Below are positions 20,042 to 29,919 of a stretch of 64,000 nucleotides of DNA, piece after piece. The notes beneath the pieces are model-generated. The model was given only the letters and a program-made list of their open reading frames with translations. It did no database searches and was not told the DNA's origin. The stretch lies in NCBI GenBank assembly GCA_963783385.1, contig CAWANJ010000001.1, forward strand, positions 160,001-224,000. The letters run 5' to 3'. This stretch comes from an uncultured Gemmatimonadales bacterium (GTDB lineage Bacteria; Gemmatimonadota; Gemmatimonadetes; Palauibacterales; Palauibacteraceae). Every line of letters begins with the position of its first letter. The first letter of the stretch is position 1. Both the position numbers and the translations under genes were made by a program.

Positions 20042-23000
20042 TCACTCGCGCTCGCTCTGGGCCGAGTCGGACTTCCGATCGCGGACAGCGTCGTTGGAAG
20101 CGGGACCCGGGGCGGTGGGCCCCGCATCATCGGATCCGGTCGAGAGCCAGCCCATCGACTCGAGCATCTCCGTCAGGTTGGGCACGTCCTCCTCCTCCAC
20201 GGTCGAATCCGACGCGTCACCGTCCGTGTCACGGCCGCCGGTCGGCGTGGCCGACTTCGCCGTGGCCTTCCACGGACTGGGATGTACCAACTCTCCCTCG
20301 CCGGCCGCCCCCGGCTCCGACTCTCCTTCGGACTCGTCGGCCGCGCCCCCCAACCATCCGAGCTTCTCCAGCATGCCCGTGAGGTTGGGGAAGTCCTCAT
20401 CCCTGTCCCCGGCCGGCGCAAGATAGGACGCCGCCGGCGAAAACGCGGTAGCCTCATCGTCGTCCTCGGCCCGGGCCGCGGCCACATCCGTCTCGCGCGT
20501 CGTGGCCGGGTCCGGCCCGCTTGCCGGAGGCTCGTCTCCCGCGGCGGTCTCTTCCACTTCGGGTTCGGCGGCCCAGCGCCGCCGGAGCACTTCTGTCAGA
20601 CTTCCCGCCGGCGGGGAGGAAGTCGGCTCTGGCTCCTCCTCCGCGGCCTCCACTTCGGCTGGCGGTTCCTCCTCGGCCACGGGCTCGGCCGCCGCCTCCG
20701 CTTCCGCTTCGACTTCTTCCGGGGGTTCGACCTCGGTGGCCGGGCCTCGGGCTAGCGCCCTCCGACTCGCGGCTCCGGCGGCGGCGACGCTCCGGCTGCT
20801 TCGGCTTCGGCTTCCGCCTCGGCCACGGGCTCGGCCGCCGCCTCGACTTCCGCCTCGAGTTCTTCCGGGGGCTCCACCTCGACGGCCGGCTCAGACTCGG
20901 GCTCGACCTCGGCCGCGGGCCCCGCCGCCTCGGGCTCGCGCTCCTCCTCCGCCTCCGCTTCCGCGGCCTCCAGCGGCGGCGACTCGGGCTCGACGGCCGC
21001 TTCGGCTTCGGCTTCCGCCCCGATATCGCCGGCGGGCTCCACCTCGACGGCCGGCTCGGGCTCCTCCTCCCAGGGCGCACGCACGGCGATCAGATCATCG
21101 GACTCCGCCAGCCCAGGCTCCGCCGTCGCGATCGCAACGGGCCGAACGGGGTCGCCCGGAAGCGGCTCGAAGCTCGCCGCGACGCCGGCCATGGGGGACA
21201 GCGTGCCCATCGTCACGATCGCCGGAAGCGCCGTGGCCAGCCCGGGCACCTCGCCCGGCGGATTCGGGTGCCGCACGGGGGCCCCGGAGGGCATCCCCTG
21301 TTCGCTCACGTCCCCGGAACGCCGCAGTCCCTTCAGGAAGCGAAGTCCTCGGAAGACTCCCGCGGGCTCCACGTCCTCATCGGGCTCCTCGGGGGAGACG
21401 GTCGCCGACTTCGGTCGACCGATTTGCAGGTAGTCCGGCGTCGGCACGGGCTCGCCCGCACCGTCCACGGGCGCAGCCGGCGCCGGGATGGCCCGGCCGG
21501 GATCCACCGCCGTGAATACGAAGGCGCTCGCGGCGAGGGGCTCGAACCGACCCCTCTCCCCGTCGGCCCCTATCCTCACCGGAGCCGCCCGCGACGACCC
21601 GAGCTCCACCACCGCCCCGGTGGATCCACCCGACGGGGGGGCGTCTCCGATGGCCGCAGCGAAGTCAGGGTCCCAGGCCGGCGTCCGCATCCCGGCTTCC
21701 GCGAGAGCGGGCAGGGGCCGGGCCGCATCCCCGACCACGATCGCGGGCCAGGAGGCCGCTTCCGGGACGGCGGAATGGACGTCGAAGCCGGTCCGAGCCG
21801 CGAACGTGAGGCTCGCGCCTCCAGAGAACTCTCTGCCGATCGGTTCCGGGGCGGACGGACCCGCCTCGAGTTCCGTCCGAACCGCCTCCCCGACACTCTC
21901 CGCCTCGGCGGGGCGCACCACGCGGAGCGATCCGAGGTGGACCGCTACGGGGCGCGCTCCGTCCACGTGAACGGCCGCCGTGCCGATCGCCGCCAGGGCG
22001 GCACGCACGTCCAGGATTCCGGAAGCCCGGACCCCGCCGGAGTCGGCTCCCGCATGCACGGGCGCCAGGTCGGCCGTCGGAGCGACCACGGCGTCCGTTG
22101 GCGAGATCGGGGCGGGCGTCACGCGCGCGAGTGTATCGGGCTCGCTCCGAACGGGATCCGTCCCGGTTTCGTGTGCGACGAGACGAGCGGTCCACCCGGG
22201 GTCGGCAGCGCCGGTGGCCGCGACCGTGAAGGAACCGGCCCGAATCTGCCTGCGCGCCGCCGGTCGGCTACCCGCGCGCGACACGATCGCGGCGATGGGC
22301 GGCTCCGCCACAGGATTCGACGGAGCGACGGCCGCCACGGCCGGACGAGCGGGCGTCAGGGGCGGGAGCGTCGAGGGCAGCCCCCTGCGGAAGCGCGGCG
22401 TCGGCGGTCGGCTCCGGTTCGGGGACATCCAGAGCAGCGGCCTCGACCTCCGGACGCTTCCGCGGCCGCCGCTCGCGGGCTCGCGAATTCCCGGAGACAG
22501 CTGTCCCGCGCTTGCGGCGGTGCCGGATCGGCTCCTCCACCGTGGCCGGCTCGGGCTCCGCGGCCGGCTCGGGCTCCGCGGCCGGCTCTTCGGCCTCGGC
22601 GGCCGGCGTTGTTTCCCCGGTGGGCTCTTCGGCCTCCGCCACCGGCTCGGACACGAGCTCGGGCGCCAGACGGCGGAGGCGCTCGTCGACGTCGAGGCTG
22701 GTGTCGCCGCGTTCCGCCCGGGCCTCGCGGACCCGCACGAGCTCGCGCACGGCCTCGTCCCGCCGGCCCGCGTCGGCCAGTCGATCCGCCGCTTCGAGTC
22801 GGAGCGTCTCGTCGCCGCTCGCGGCCAAGAACTCGAGGATCGCCAGCAGGCCATCCTCTTCCCTCTCCGACGCATTGGCTCGACGCACGTACTCGAGCAG
22901 CACCTGGCGCGCATCGGCGACCAGGCCGGACGACAGGTGGAGTCGCATGAGGCGAAGCCGGCCCTCGTCCTCGTCCGGAGCCACGCGGAGGATCTTGTTG

Positions 23001-23260
23001 CATAGGGCGACGGCGGGGGCGTGCAGGCCTTCGGCCTCGTAGCGCTCGGCGGCCTCGAGGTAGGAGGCGACCGCCTGCTCGGTGTCCTCGAGACGCAGGT
23101 ACAGGTCCCCGATGCGGTTGTACAGGCCGAGCTCCCGCATCAGGTCGCCCTGTGCGTCGGCTCGCCGCAGGGCCTGCCTGTACAGGTCCACGGCGCGGGA
23201 CCAGTTGCCCCGCTGCTCTTCCTTTCGGGCCCTGTCCTTCAGGCTCGATACCGAGGCCAT
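20042..23260 (-). CDS. Large TPR + acidic/Pro-Ala low-complexity protein (paralog 1, about 1070 aa, at least two frameshifts)
   Basis: ORFs 22268..23260 (TPR block), 20752..22914 (middle) and 20042..20680 (acidic tail) join into one reading with continuous Glu/Ala/Pro composition and a peptide repeat spanning the last junction. Confidence 0.7.
20671..20881. repeat. About 65-bp imperfect direct repeat (20671-20735 and 20817-20881)
   Basis: Both copies encode EVEPPEE(L/V)EAE(V/A)EAAAEPVAE. Confidence 0.75.
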
Positions 23261-23319
23261 CGCCCTTCCACGGTCAGCGGTGTTGCATTCGTGCTACAGA
23301 CGCACGAACGGCAACCTAG

Positions 23320-23349
23320 AATGTATGGCCGATCGGCCCGTAGCTACAA
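23320..23349 (-). promoter_or_regulatory. Putative promoter for the TPR paralog pair
   Basis: TTGTAG-N18-TACATT, with the -35 box overlapping the hutH stop. Confidence 0.5.
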
Positions 23350-24897
23350 TCCCTGATCGTGGAAGACGTGCCGCCGTACGACCGCCGCGAGCGACCCCTC
23401 TCGGAGCAGCCCGACCACCTCCGCGATGTCCGGCGCGAGGGAACGATCCTCGTCGAGGGGTCGGACGCGATCCCGAAGCAGGTCGATCCCCTCCTCCACT
23501 CCGAGCCCCGCCCGAAGGGGCCGCAGGAGGTGGAGAGCCTGGGCGGCGGCGAGCAGCTCGATAGCCAGGACGCGCTCGAGACAGGTCACGGCGGACCTCG
23601 CCTTGTCCGCCGCGTGCATGCCCATGGAAACGTGGTCCTCCTTGGCCGCGCCGGTCGGTATGGTCCCGACGCTGGCGGGCACGGCGAACTGACGACAGGA
23701 AGCCACCTGGGCCGCCGCGGTGACCTGCAGCATCATCATTCCGGACCGAAGACCGGGCTCGGGCGTCAAGAACGCCGGGAGCCCCGAGAGGTCGGGGTTC
23801 AGCAGACGATCGGTGCGGCGTTCGCTGATCGTGGCGAGGATGGTGGCCGCCAGCGCGAGCTGATCGACCGCGCTCGCCACGGGCTGACCGTGGAAGTTGC
23901 CGTTCGACAGGAGCCGGAACGCCCCCTCCTCTCCCGTGACCAGGGGGTTGTCCGTAGCCGAGTTGATTTCCACCTCCAGGACCCGGCGGACGAAGGCGAG
24001 GCTGTCACGGGCCGCGCCGTGCACCTGCGGCATGCAGCGGAGGGAGTAGGCGTCCTGCACGCGCGGATCGCCGTGGCGGTGACTCTCGCGGATCTCGCTT
24101 TCACGGAGCAGGCGGCGGAGACGCAAGGCGCTGGCCGCCTGGCCCGGGTGCGGCCTGAGCTCCTGGATCTCCGGCGCGAAGGGATCGGGCGTGCCGCGCA
24201 GCCCCTCGAGCGACGCCGCGCCGGCCAGGTCGGCCGCATCCGCCAGCGCCTCGGCGCGCAGGAGGGTCAGAGTGCTGACGGCCGTCATCGCCTGGGTTCC
24301 GTTCAGGAGGGCGAGGCCCTCCTTGGCTTCGAGCCGCGTCGGCTCCAGGCCGGACCGGGACAGGGCCTCCGCGCCGCCCATGCGCTCCCCATCCACCGTC
24401 GCCTCGCCCTCGCCCACCAGCACGAGTGCCATGTGCGCGGCCGGAGCCAGGTCTCCCGAAGCGCCCACGGAGCCTTCTCGGGGCACCACGGGAGTCACGT
24501 CGCGGTGGAGGAGCTCCAGGAGCAGGTCCACGAGCTCGGGCCTCACGCCGGTGTGGCCCGAGGCGAGGACGTTGGCGCGCAGGAGCATCATCGCCCGTGT
24601 CTCGTCCCTGCCGAGCGGCTCGCCCACGCCGCACGCGTGGCTGCGGATCAGGTTGAGCTGGAGCTCCCGCAGACGTTCCCGGGACACCCGCACGTCCGAG
24701 AGCTTGCCGAAGCCCGTGTTGATCCCGTACACCGCCCGGTCGCCCAGCACGATGCCTTCGACGGCGGCCCGGGTCGCGCGCATGCGCTCCCGGGCCGGGC
24801 CCGCCACCAGGAGCCGGACGCCCGCTCCCCCCGCCACCTCCGCCACGTCTCGGAGGGCCAGCGACCTTCCATCGATCTCGAGCGACCGTTCGGTCAT
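23344..24897 (-). CDS. hutH: Histidine ammonia-lyase
   Basis: YGINTGFG, the HAL-type NLIRSH, the MIO-forming GSVGASGDLAP, QDAYSLRC and NFHGQP. Confidence 0.95.
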   Translation of the reverse strand: MTERSLEIDGRSLALRDVAEVAGGAGVRLLVAGPARERMRATRAAVEGIVLGDRAVYGINTGFGKLSDVRVSRERLRELQLNLIRSHACGVGEPLGRDETRAMMLLRANVLASGHTGVRPELVDLLLELLHRDVTPVVPREGSVGASGDLAPAAHMALVLVGEGEATVDGERMGGAEALSRSGLEPTRLEAKEGLALLNGTQAMTAVSTLTLLRAEALADAADLAGAASLEGLRGTPDPFAPEIQELRPHPGQAASALRLRRLLRESEIRESHRHGDPRVQDAYSLRCMPQVHGAARDSLAFVRRVLEVEINSATDNPLVTGEEGAFRLLSNGNFHGQPVASAVDQLALAATILATISERRTDRLLNPDLSGLPAFLTPEPGLRSGMMMLQVTAAAQVASCRQFAVPASVGTIPTGAAKEDHVSMGMHAADKARSAVTCLERVLAIELLAAAQALHLLRPLRAGLGVEEGIDLLRDRVRPLDEDRSLAPDIAEVVGLLREGSLAAVVRRHVFHDQGL

Positions 24898-27752
24898 TGT
24901 GAGAGCCCGCTCCTCTGGTCGTAGTTCACATGCAGCTGGGGAACATCGGTCAGGGACACCTGGAAGTCGAACAAGAAGTTGCCGTTGGGCGACTTGGTGA
25001 AGTCGAAGCGCGCTTCCCAGCGGTGTAGCGTGCGGACGAGCGAGACCTGCTGCTGCTCGAACTGTCGGTCGGTGAGATTGTAGGAGGTCGACCACTGCAC
25101 CCGCCAGTTGGGGGTCGGCTGCAGGCTGAAGTTGCTCTGGAGCGTCTGGTTGTTCTGCCCGAACTCGCCGGGACGGTAGCGGTTGAGCGAGTAGCTGAGG
25201 CTCAGGTTCCACGGGCCCCCGCGGCGCTCCTGTGTGTCTCCCTCCGGCGAGCGCTGTGTGCGGGGCGGCTGGGCCCTCGACGCCCCCCCCGACCCGAGAC
25301 CCACCAGCGACCCGAGGCTCATGCCGGAGGAGATCGTGAAGCTGGCGTTGAGTCGCGTGAGAAACGGCGAGAAGTGACGGTCCGGACCGGTCCCCTCGAA
25401 CAGGTCATGGGTCATGTTGAGCGAGAAACCCCTGAGGAGATCCGAACTGAAGGAGTTGGTGAGGGTCTCGGTCTGCAGCACGGGCTGCCCGCGCGACGAA
25501 GCCGCGAAATCGAAGGTCAGCGGCGTGCTCGTCTGGATGGAGAGGAGCATGACCTTGCGCTCCTGGACGGCCGATGCCGGAGCCGGCGGGCCGCCCTGGA
25601 CGGCAGCGCCAGCCAGCGTGCTGCCCGGCGCCGCCGAGCTGTCGGTCGCCGGCGCCGCGGTCAGGGTCGTATCCATCGCCGCCCCGGTGGTGTCGACGCC
25701 CGTCGTGTCGCCCGGGGCCGCCGCGCGGCCGGCCGAGTCGGAAGAGGCCCGGGGGGGCGGCGCGGCCCGGACCTTGGCCTCGAAGGTCTGCGAGATGCTG
25801 ATGCTGAGCCGGTTGTGGGGGTCGGAGCTTCCGCCGGGGTAACCGGGGATCTGGCTCAGAGAATCCGGCGTGGAGACCGCGGGCGTGTAGGTCCAGGTGA
25901 AGCGCGGCGAGATCTTGTGACGGATGCGTGTGAACGGCCCGAACCCGGGGAAGAAGGCGTACACGTCGGTCGACAGGGTCGCTCCGAAGCTGGCCCGCGC
26001 GGGCGCCGTCAGGTACTGGCCCCGCGTGTCCGGAACGGAGTCGGCCCGGTCCAGGGACCGGAACATCCCCCCGCTCACCGAGACGGTCGGACGCAGCGTC
26101 GTGCCCCCCATGAGCCCCACCTGGTAGTCGGCGCCCGCATTCCAGGTCAGGGCCGTCTGACTGAAGGCCGGCTGGTCGTTACCGAGGCTGTCGACCGGGG
26201 TCCTCAACTGGTCGTTGTAATTGGCCGACCCCTGGAGGTTGAGGCCGCCCAGGCGAAGCGACTGGTTGGCGGAGGCGGTGGTCTGGCGGGTATCGGTGCC
26301 GAAGTTCACGGACTGCGTCTGGCGCTGGAAATTCACGGCGGCCGACCACACGAGGTTGTTGAACAAGCCGGCGCGATCGCTCGGCGCCCGGAACAGGGTC
26401 ACCAATGGAAAGGATGCGCTGACGGACGGCAGCGTGTACTGGAGCTGGCTGTTGGGCCCGAGGAATTGTCGGCGTCGTGCCCCCAGCGTGAGGTTGACCC
26501 ACGAGAGCTGCTTTCGAAGGGACACGTTGGAGTCGATCGTCTGCGTCTGCTGGTTGGGGTCGAAGCTCCGGTTCAGGTAGGTGCCCGGGCTCTGGACGTA
26601 CTGTGCGCTCACGTCCACGTGTGTCCCGGGGCTGAGATCCTGCTGATGGTGGACGTTGAAGCTCAGGTTCCGGCCCGTCTTCCCGAACTGCTCGGCCGCC
26701 TGGAGGCTCCCCTGGAAGTGCTTCTTGATGTCGTTGTACCGGTACCTGCCGTTGAGCTGCGTATACTGCCCGCTGTACCAGTCCACGGTGAACTCGGCGT
26801 CCATGAACCGATTGATCGCCCAGTAGTAGCCGAAATCCCTGACGTTGCGGCTGTAGCCGCGTCCGGTCCGCACGATGTCGTTGATCCCGAACTGCGGCGG
26901 CAGGATGCCGCTCCGCCGGTCCGGGCGGATGTCCTGGGCGAAGAAGGGGAGCCAGAAGACCGGCACGTGCTCGATGTACAGGGTCACCGGCCAGGCCACG
27001 ATGACGTCCTGGTTCACCATCTTGATCTGACCGGCCTGGAACCAGTAGTGGGGCTGGTCCAGGTCACAGGTGGTGAACTGGCCCTTGCTCACGAACAGGG
27101 TGTCCGTGCCGACCGGCACCGCGTTTCCGTTCACGATCCAGTCGGCGCCCTGGGCCGCGAACTGCGTGCGCGCGTCCATGACCGTCCCCTTGCGCCTGGA
27201 GACGTCGTAGTAGAGCACGGAATCGCTCTTCACCTGGCGCTGGTCGGGACTCATGAGCAGCAGGTGTCCCCGCGCCGCCAGGAAGGCGAGGCGCGACCGG
27301 TAGGTGATCGAATCGGCCTGCAGCGCGGCATCGCCGTAGTTGGCCTGGGCCGAATCGTTGAGCCGGATGACCCGGTCCGGCACATCGAGGCCGACCTTCC
27401 GGCCGCGATACTCCACGATCCGGAAGCCCTCGAGATTCATGAGCCCCTGGAAAAGCGAGTCCCGCTTCGGGAAGGACCCTCCCGCCAGGCCCTGGCGCAT
27501 CTGGGCCAGCTGGGCGGCGGGCAGGGTGTCCACGGCCGCCGAGTCGGCGGCCGCCGTGTCCCGTCGCGCGGGGGGCGTCGTGTCGGCCCGAGCCGGGGGC
27601 GTCGTGTCCGGCCGGGCGGGCGGGGTGGGTTCGGTGGCCGTGGCCCGCGGAGCACCGGCCTGGACGGGGGAGGCCTGCGCGGGCCGGGCGATCAGGAGGA
27701 GCACCGCCCACGCCGCCAGGGCGTAGCGCGCCGCTCCGCCCGCCGATCTCAC
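24894..27752 (-). CDS. lptD: Putative LPS-assembly protein LptD-like outer-membrane beta-barrel
   Basis: Signal peptide, FTTCDLDQPHY, VPVFWLPF, RRSGILPP, GYYWAIN and amphipathic beta strands. Confidence 0.8.
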   Translation of the reverse strand: MRSAGGAARYALAAWAVLLLIARPAQASPVQAGAPRATATEPTPPARPDTTPPARADTTPPARRDTAAADSAAVDTLPAAQLAQMRQGLAGGSFPKRDSLFQGLMNLEGFRIVEYRGRKVGLDVPDRVIRLNDSAQANYGDAALQADSITYRSRLAFLAARGHLLLMSPDQRQVKSDSVLYYDVSRRKGTVMDARTQFAAQGADWIVNGNAVPVGTDTLFVSKGQFTTCDLDQPHYWFQAGQIKMVNQDVIVAWPVTLYIEHVPVFWLPFFAQDIRPDRRSGILPPQFGINDIVRTGRGYSRNVRDFGYYWAINRFMDAEFTVDWYSGQYTQLNGRYRYNDIKKHFQGSLQAAEQFGKTGRNLSFNVHHQQDLSPGTHVDVSAQYVQSPGTYLNRSFDPNQQTQTIDSNVSLRKQLSWVNLTLGARRRQFLGPNSQLQYTLPSVSASFPLVTLFRAPSDRAGLFNNLVWSAAVNFQRQTQSVNFGTDTRQTTASANQSLRLGGLNLQGSANYNDQLRTPVDSLGNDQPAFSQTALTWNAGADYQVGLMGGTTLRPTVSVSGGMFRSLDRADSVPDTRGQYLTAPARASFGATLSTDVYAFFPGFGPFTRIRHKISPRFTWTYTPAVSTPDSLSQIPGYPGGSSDPHNRLSISISQTFEAKVRAAPPPRASSDSAGRAAAPGDTTGVDTTGAAMDTTLTAAPATDSSAAPGSTLAGAAVQGGPPAPASAVQERKVMLLSIQTSTPLTFDFAASSRGQPVLQTETLTNSFSSDLLRGFSLNMTHDLFEGTGPDRHFSPFLTRLNASFTISSGMSLGSLVGLGSGGASRAQPPRTQRSPEGDTQERRGGPWNLSLSYSLNRYRPGEFGQNNQTLQSNFSLQPTPNWRVQWSTSYNLTDRQFEQQQVSLVRTLHRWEARFDFTKSPNGNFLFDFQVSLTDVPQLHVNYDQRSGLSQ

Positions 27753-28516
27753 CCCGACGACTCCTCCGGGGCCCCGACCTCACGGGCGCGCCGCGACCGC
27801 GTGACCAGGCGCACGAGCCAGATCGACACCTCGTACAGCAGGAACATGGGCGTCATCATCATGAGCTGCGTCCCGACGTCGGGCGGGGTGAAGATGGCCG
27901 AGAGCGTCGCGATGAGGACGAACGCATGCCTGCGGTACTTCGAGAGGAACTCCGGCGTGACCAGACCCATGGCGCCCAGGACCACCATCACGACCGGCAT
28001 CTCGAAGATGATCCCGAATCCGAGCAGCAAGCGGGTGGCGAACTTGAGGTACTCGTCTACCGTGATGATCGGCGACAGGGTCTGGCTCTGGATGCCCAGG
28101 AGGAAGCGGAGGCCCAGCGGCAGCACCATGAAGTAGGCCATGGCGATGCCGGCCAGGAAGAGCAGGAAGGATACCCAGATGGCCGGAATCACGTACTTGC
28201 GCTCTTCGTCCTGGAGAGCCGGCGCCAGGAAGGCCCACACCTGGTAGGCGATGAAGGGGAGCGCCAGGACGATGCCGACCACGATCGCCAGCTTGATCGT
28301 GATGATGAAGGGGGTGGTCGGGCTGGTGAACATCAGCTTCTGGTCGGGGATGAGGTCCATGATGGGGCGCTCGAGCAGCCCCAGCACGTTCAGCTTGGTG
28401 ACCAGAAGCAGGCCGATGACGGCCCCGACCAGGAGCGCAGCCAGGCTCCAGATCAGCCGCCACCGGAGCTCCTCCAGGTGGTCGAGGAAAGGCATTTCCG
28501 CCGCGCCGCGGGCCAT
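27749..28516 (-). CDS. tatC: Twin-arginine translocase subunit TatC
   Basis: Motifs MPFLDHLEELRWRL, YQVWAFLAPAL, FEMPVV and TPPD. Confidence 0.96.
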   Translation of the reverse strand: MARGAAEMPFLDHLEELRWRLIWSLAALLVGAVIGLLLVTKLNVLGLLERPIMDLIPDQKLMFTSPTTPFIITIKLAIVVGIVLALPFIAYQVWAFLAPALQDEERKYVIPAIWVSFLLFLAGIAMAYFMVLPLGLRFLLGIQSQTLSPIITVDEYLKFATRLLLGFGIIFEMPVVMVVLGAMGLVTPEFLSKYRRHAFVLIATLSAIFTPPDVGTQLMMMTPMFLLYEVSIWLVRLVTRSRRAREVGAPEESSG

Positions 28517-29032
28517 CTACCCCTCGTCGTCGCCTTCGTCGCCTTGGAACATGTCCACCTGACCTACGGCCTCGTAGCCGGCCCGGCGAACGAGCTCCCG
28601 GATCTCCTCCATGAACTCCGTGGTGTCCTGGAAGTTTCGGTATACGGAGGCGAAGCGCACGAAGGCCACCTGGTCGAGGCTCCGGAGCCGGGTCATGACC
28701 AGCTCGCCGATGCGGAGGCTGTCCACCTCGCGGTCGTCCGCGGCCTCGAGCGTGGACTCGACCTCGTCGACCAACGCCTCGATCTCCGACCGTGACACGG
28801 GTCGCTTGGCACAGGCGATCCGGATGCTCTCCAGCAGCTTGCCGCGTTCGAACGGCTCGCTGCTGGCGTCGCGCTTACGGACGGTGAGGGGCTCCTCCTC
28901 CACCTGCTCGTAGGTGGTGAAGCGTCGGCCGCAGCGCGCGCACTCGCGCCGGCGTCGGATGGCCCGCCCCCCACGGCTCAGGCGCGAGTCGACCACCCGG
29001 CTGTCCGGGTGTTGGCAGCCCGGACACAGCAC
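28517..29032 (-). CDS. nrdR: Transcriptional repressor NrdR
   Basis: CPGC, VVDSR, IRRRRECARCGRRFTTYE, an ATP cone and AFVRFASVYRNF. Confidence 0.97.
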   Translation of the reverse strand: MLCPGCQHPDSRVVDSRLSRGGRAIRRRRECARCGRRFTTYEQVEEEPLTVRKRDASSEPFERGKLLESIRIACAKRPVSRSEIEALVDEVESTLEAADDREVDSLRIGELVMTRLRSLDQVAFVRFASVYRNFQDTTEFMEEIRELVRRAGYEAVGQVDMFQGDEGDDEG

Positions 29033-29081
29033 GACTCAGGGCCTCGAGGCGGTTCCGCCGGGGGAGGGGGCGCGAGTCACG

Positions 29082-29915
29082 TCAACCCTTGAGCTTCCCG
29101 AGCTGCTGGCGCGCCAGGCCCGCTTCGTCGCTGTCGGGATAGCCGCGCACGACGCGGGAGAAGTACGTGCGCGCATCCTGGACGTTGCCACGCTGGAGCT
29201 CCAGGAGACCGCTCTTGTAGAGGGCCGCCGGCGCGCGACGCGAGTTCGGGTACAGCTGGAGGACGCGGGCGTACGCGTCCAGCGCCTTCTCCGGCTGCGA
29301 CTGCTGTGCGTAGGTCTCGCCGATGTAGTACTGCGCGTCGGGAGCGAGCTGGTGGTCCGGGTACCGCTGCAGGAAGGCCTCCAGGCCCGAGCGCGCCGTC
29401 CCGTACGCCCCGCGCCGATACTGCTGCATGGCCGTCTGGTAGAGCTGCCCGGCCTGGCCTACCGAGGCGCTCGTGTCCGCGGAGGTGCCGGTCGGCGTCT
29501 CCTGCTCGCCGCCCGCCGCACCTCCGCCGGCGGGTTGAGACGTCACAGAGCCACCGGACGTGTCCGCTCCCGCGGTCCCGCCCCGGCCCTGGAGCCCCGC
29601 CAGCATGCGCTGGTTCTGTCCGACCAGGGCCATGACCTGGGATAGCTGGTCCTGAAGCGACTGGAAGCGGCGGGCCAGCTCCCCGCGTCCGGTGAGCGAT
29701 GCCTGGTCGCGCTGACCCAGGGTGTCCAGGAGGACCTCCCGGAGCTGATTCATGCTGGCCGTCAGGGAATCCTGACGCGCGCGCAGAGCGTGCATTTCCG
29801 CCAGCATGGTGGCCTCCATGTCCTGCACGTCGCTCTTGGAGGCGCACGCCGGGAGGAGGGCGACGGCCAGGACCGTCAGCCACCTCCTCCGGAGCCCCGC
29901 TCCGGGCCTCCTCAC
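29082..29915 (-). CDS. cpoB: Tol-Pal associated cell-division coordinator CpoB/YbgF (lipoprotein form)
   Basis: Lipobox LPAC, a coiled coil and three TPRs (YPDHQLAPDAQYYIGE, YPNSRRAPAALYK). Lies downstream of pal. Confidence 0.88.
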   Translation of the reverse strand: MRRPGAGLRRRWLTVLAVALLPACASKSDVQDMEATMLAEMHALRARQDSLTASMNQLREVLLDTLGQRDQASLTGRGELARRFQSLQDQLSQVMALVGQNQRMLAGLQGRGGTAGADTSGGSVTSQPAGGGAAGGEQETPTGTSADTSASVGQAGQLYQTAMQQYRRGAYGTARSGLEAFLQRYPDHQLAPDAQYYIGETYAQQSQPEKALDAYARVLQLYPNSRRAPAALYKSGLLELQRGNVQDARTYFSRVVRGYPDSDEAGLARQQLGKLKG

Positions 29916-29919
29916 AGCG

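Noticed and set aside
13533-22590. Tandem repeats considered as a possible CRISPR array or VNTR locus
   Set aside because: All are in-frame coding repeats (EP, EPV, AAEPEP) in acidic linkers, with no unique spacers or cas genes.
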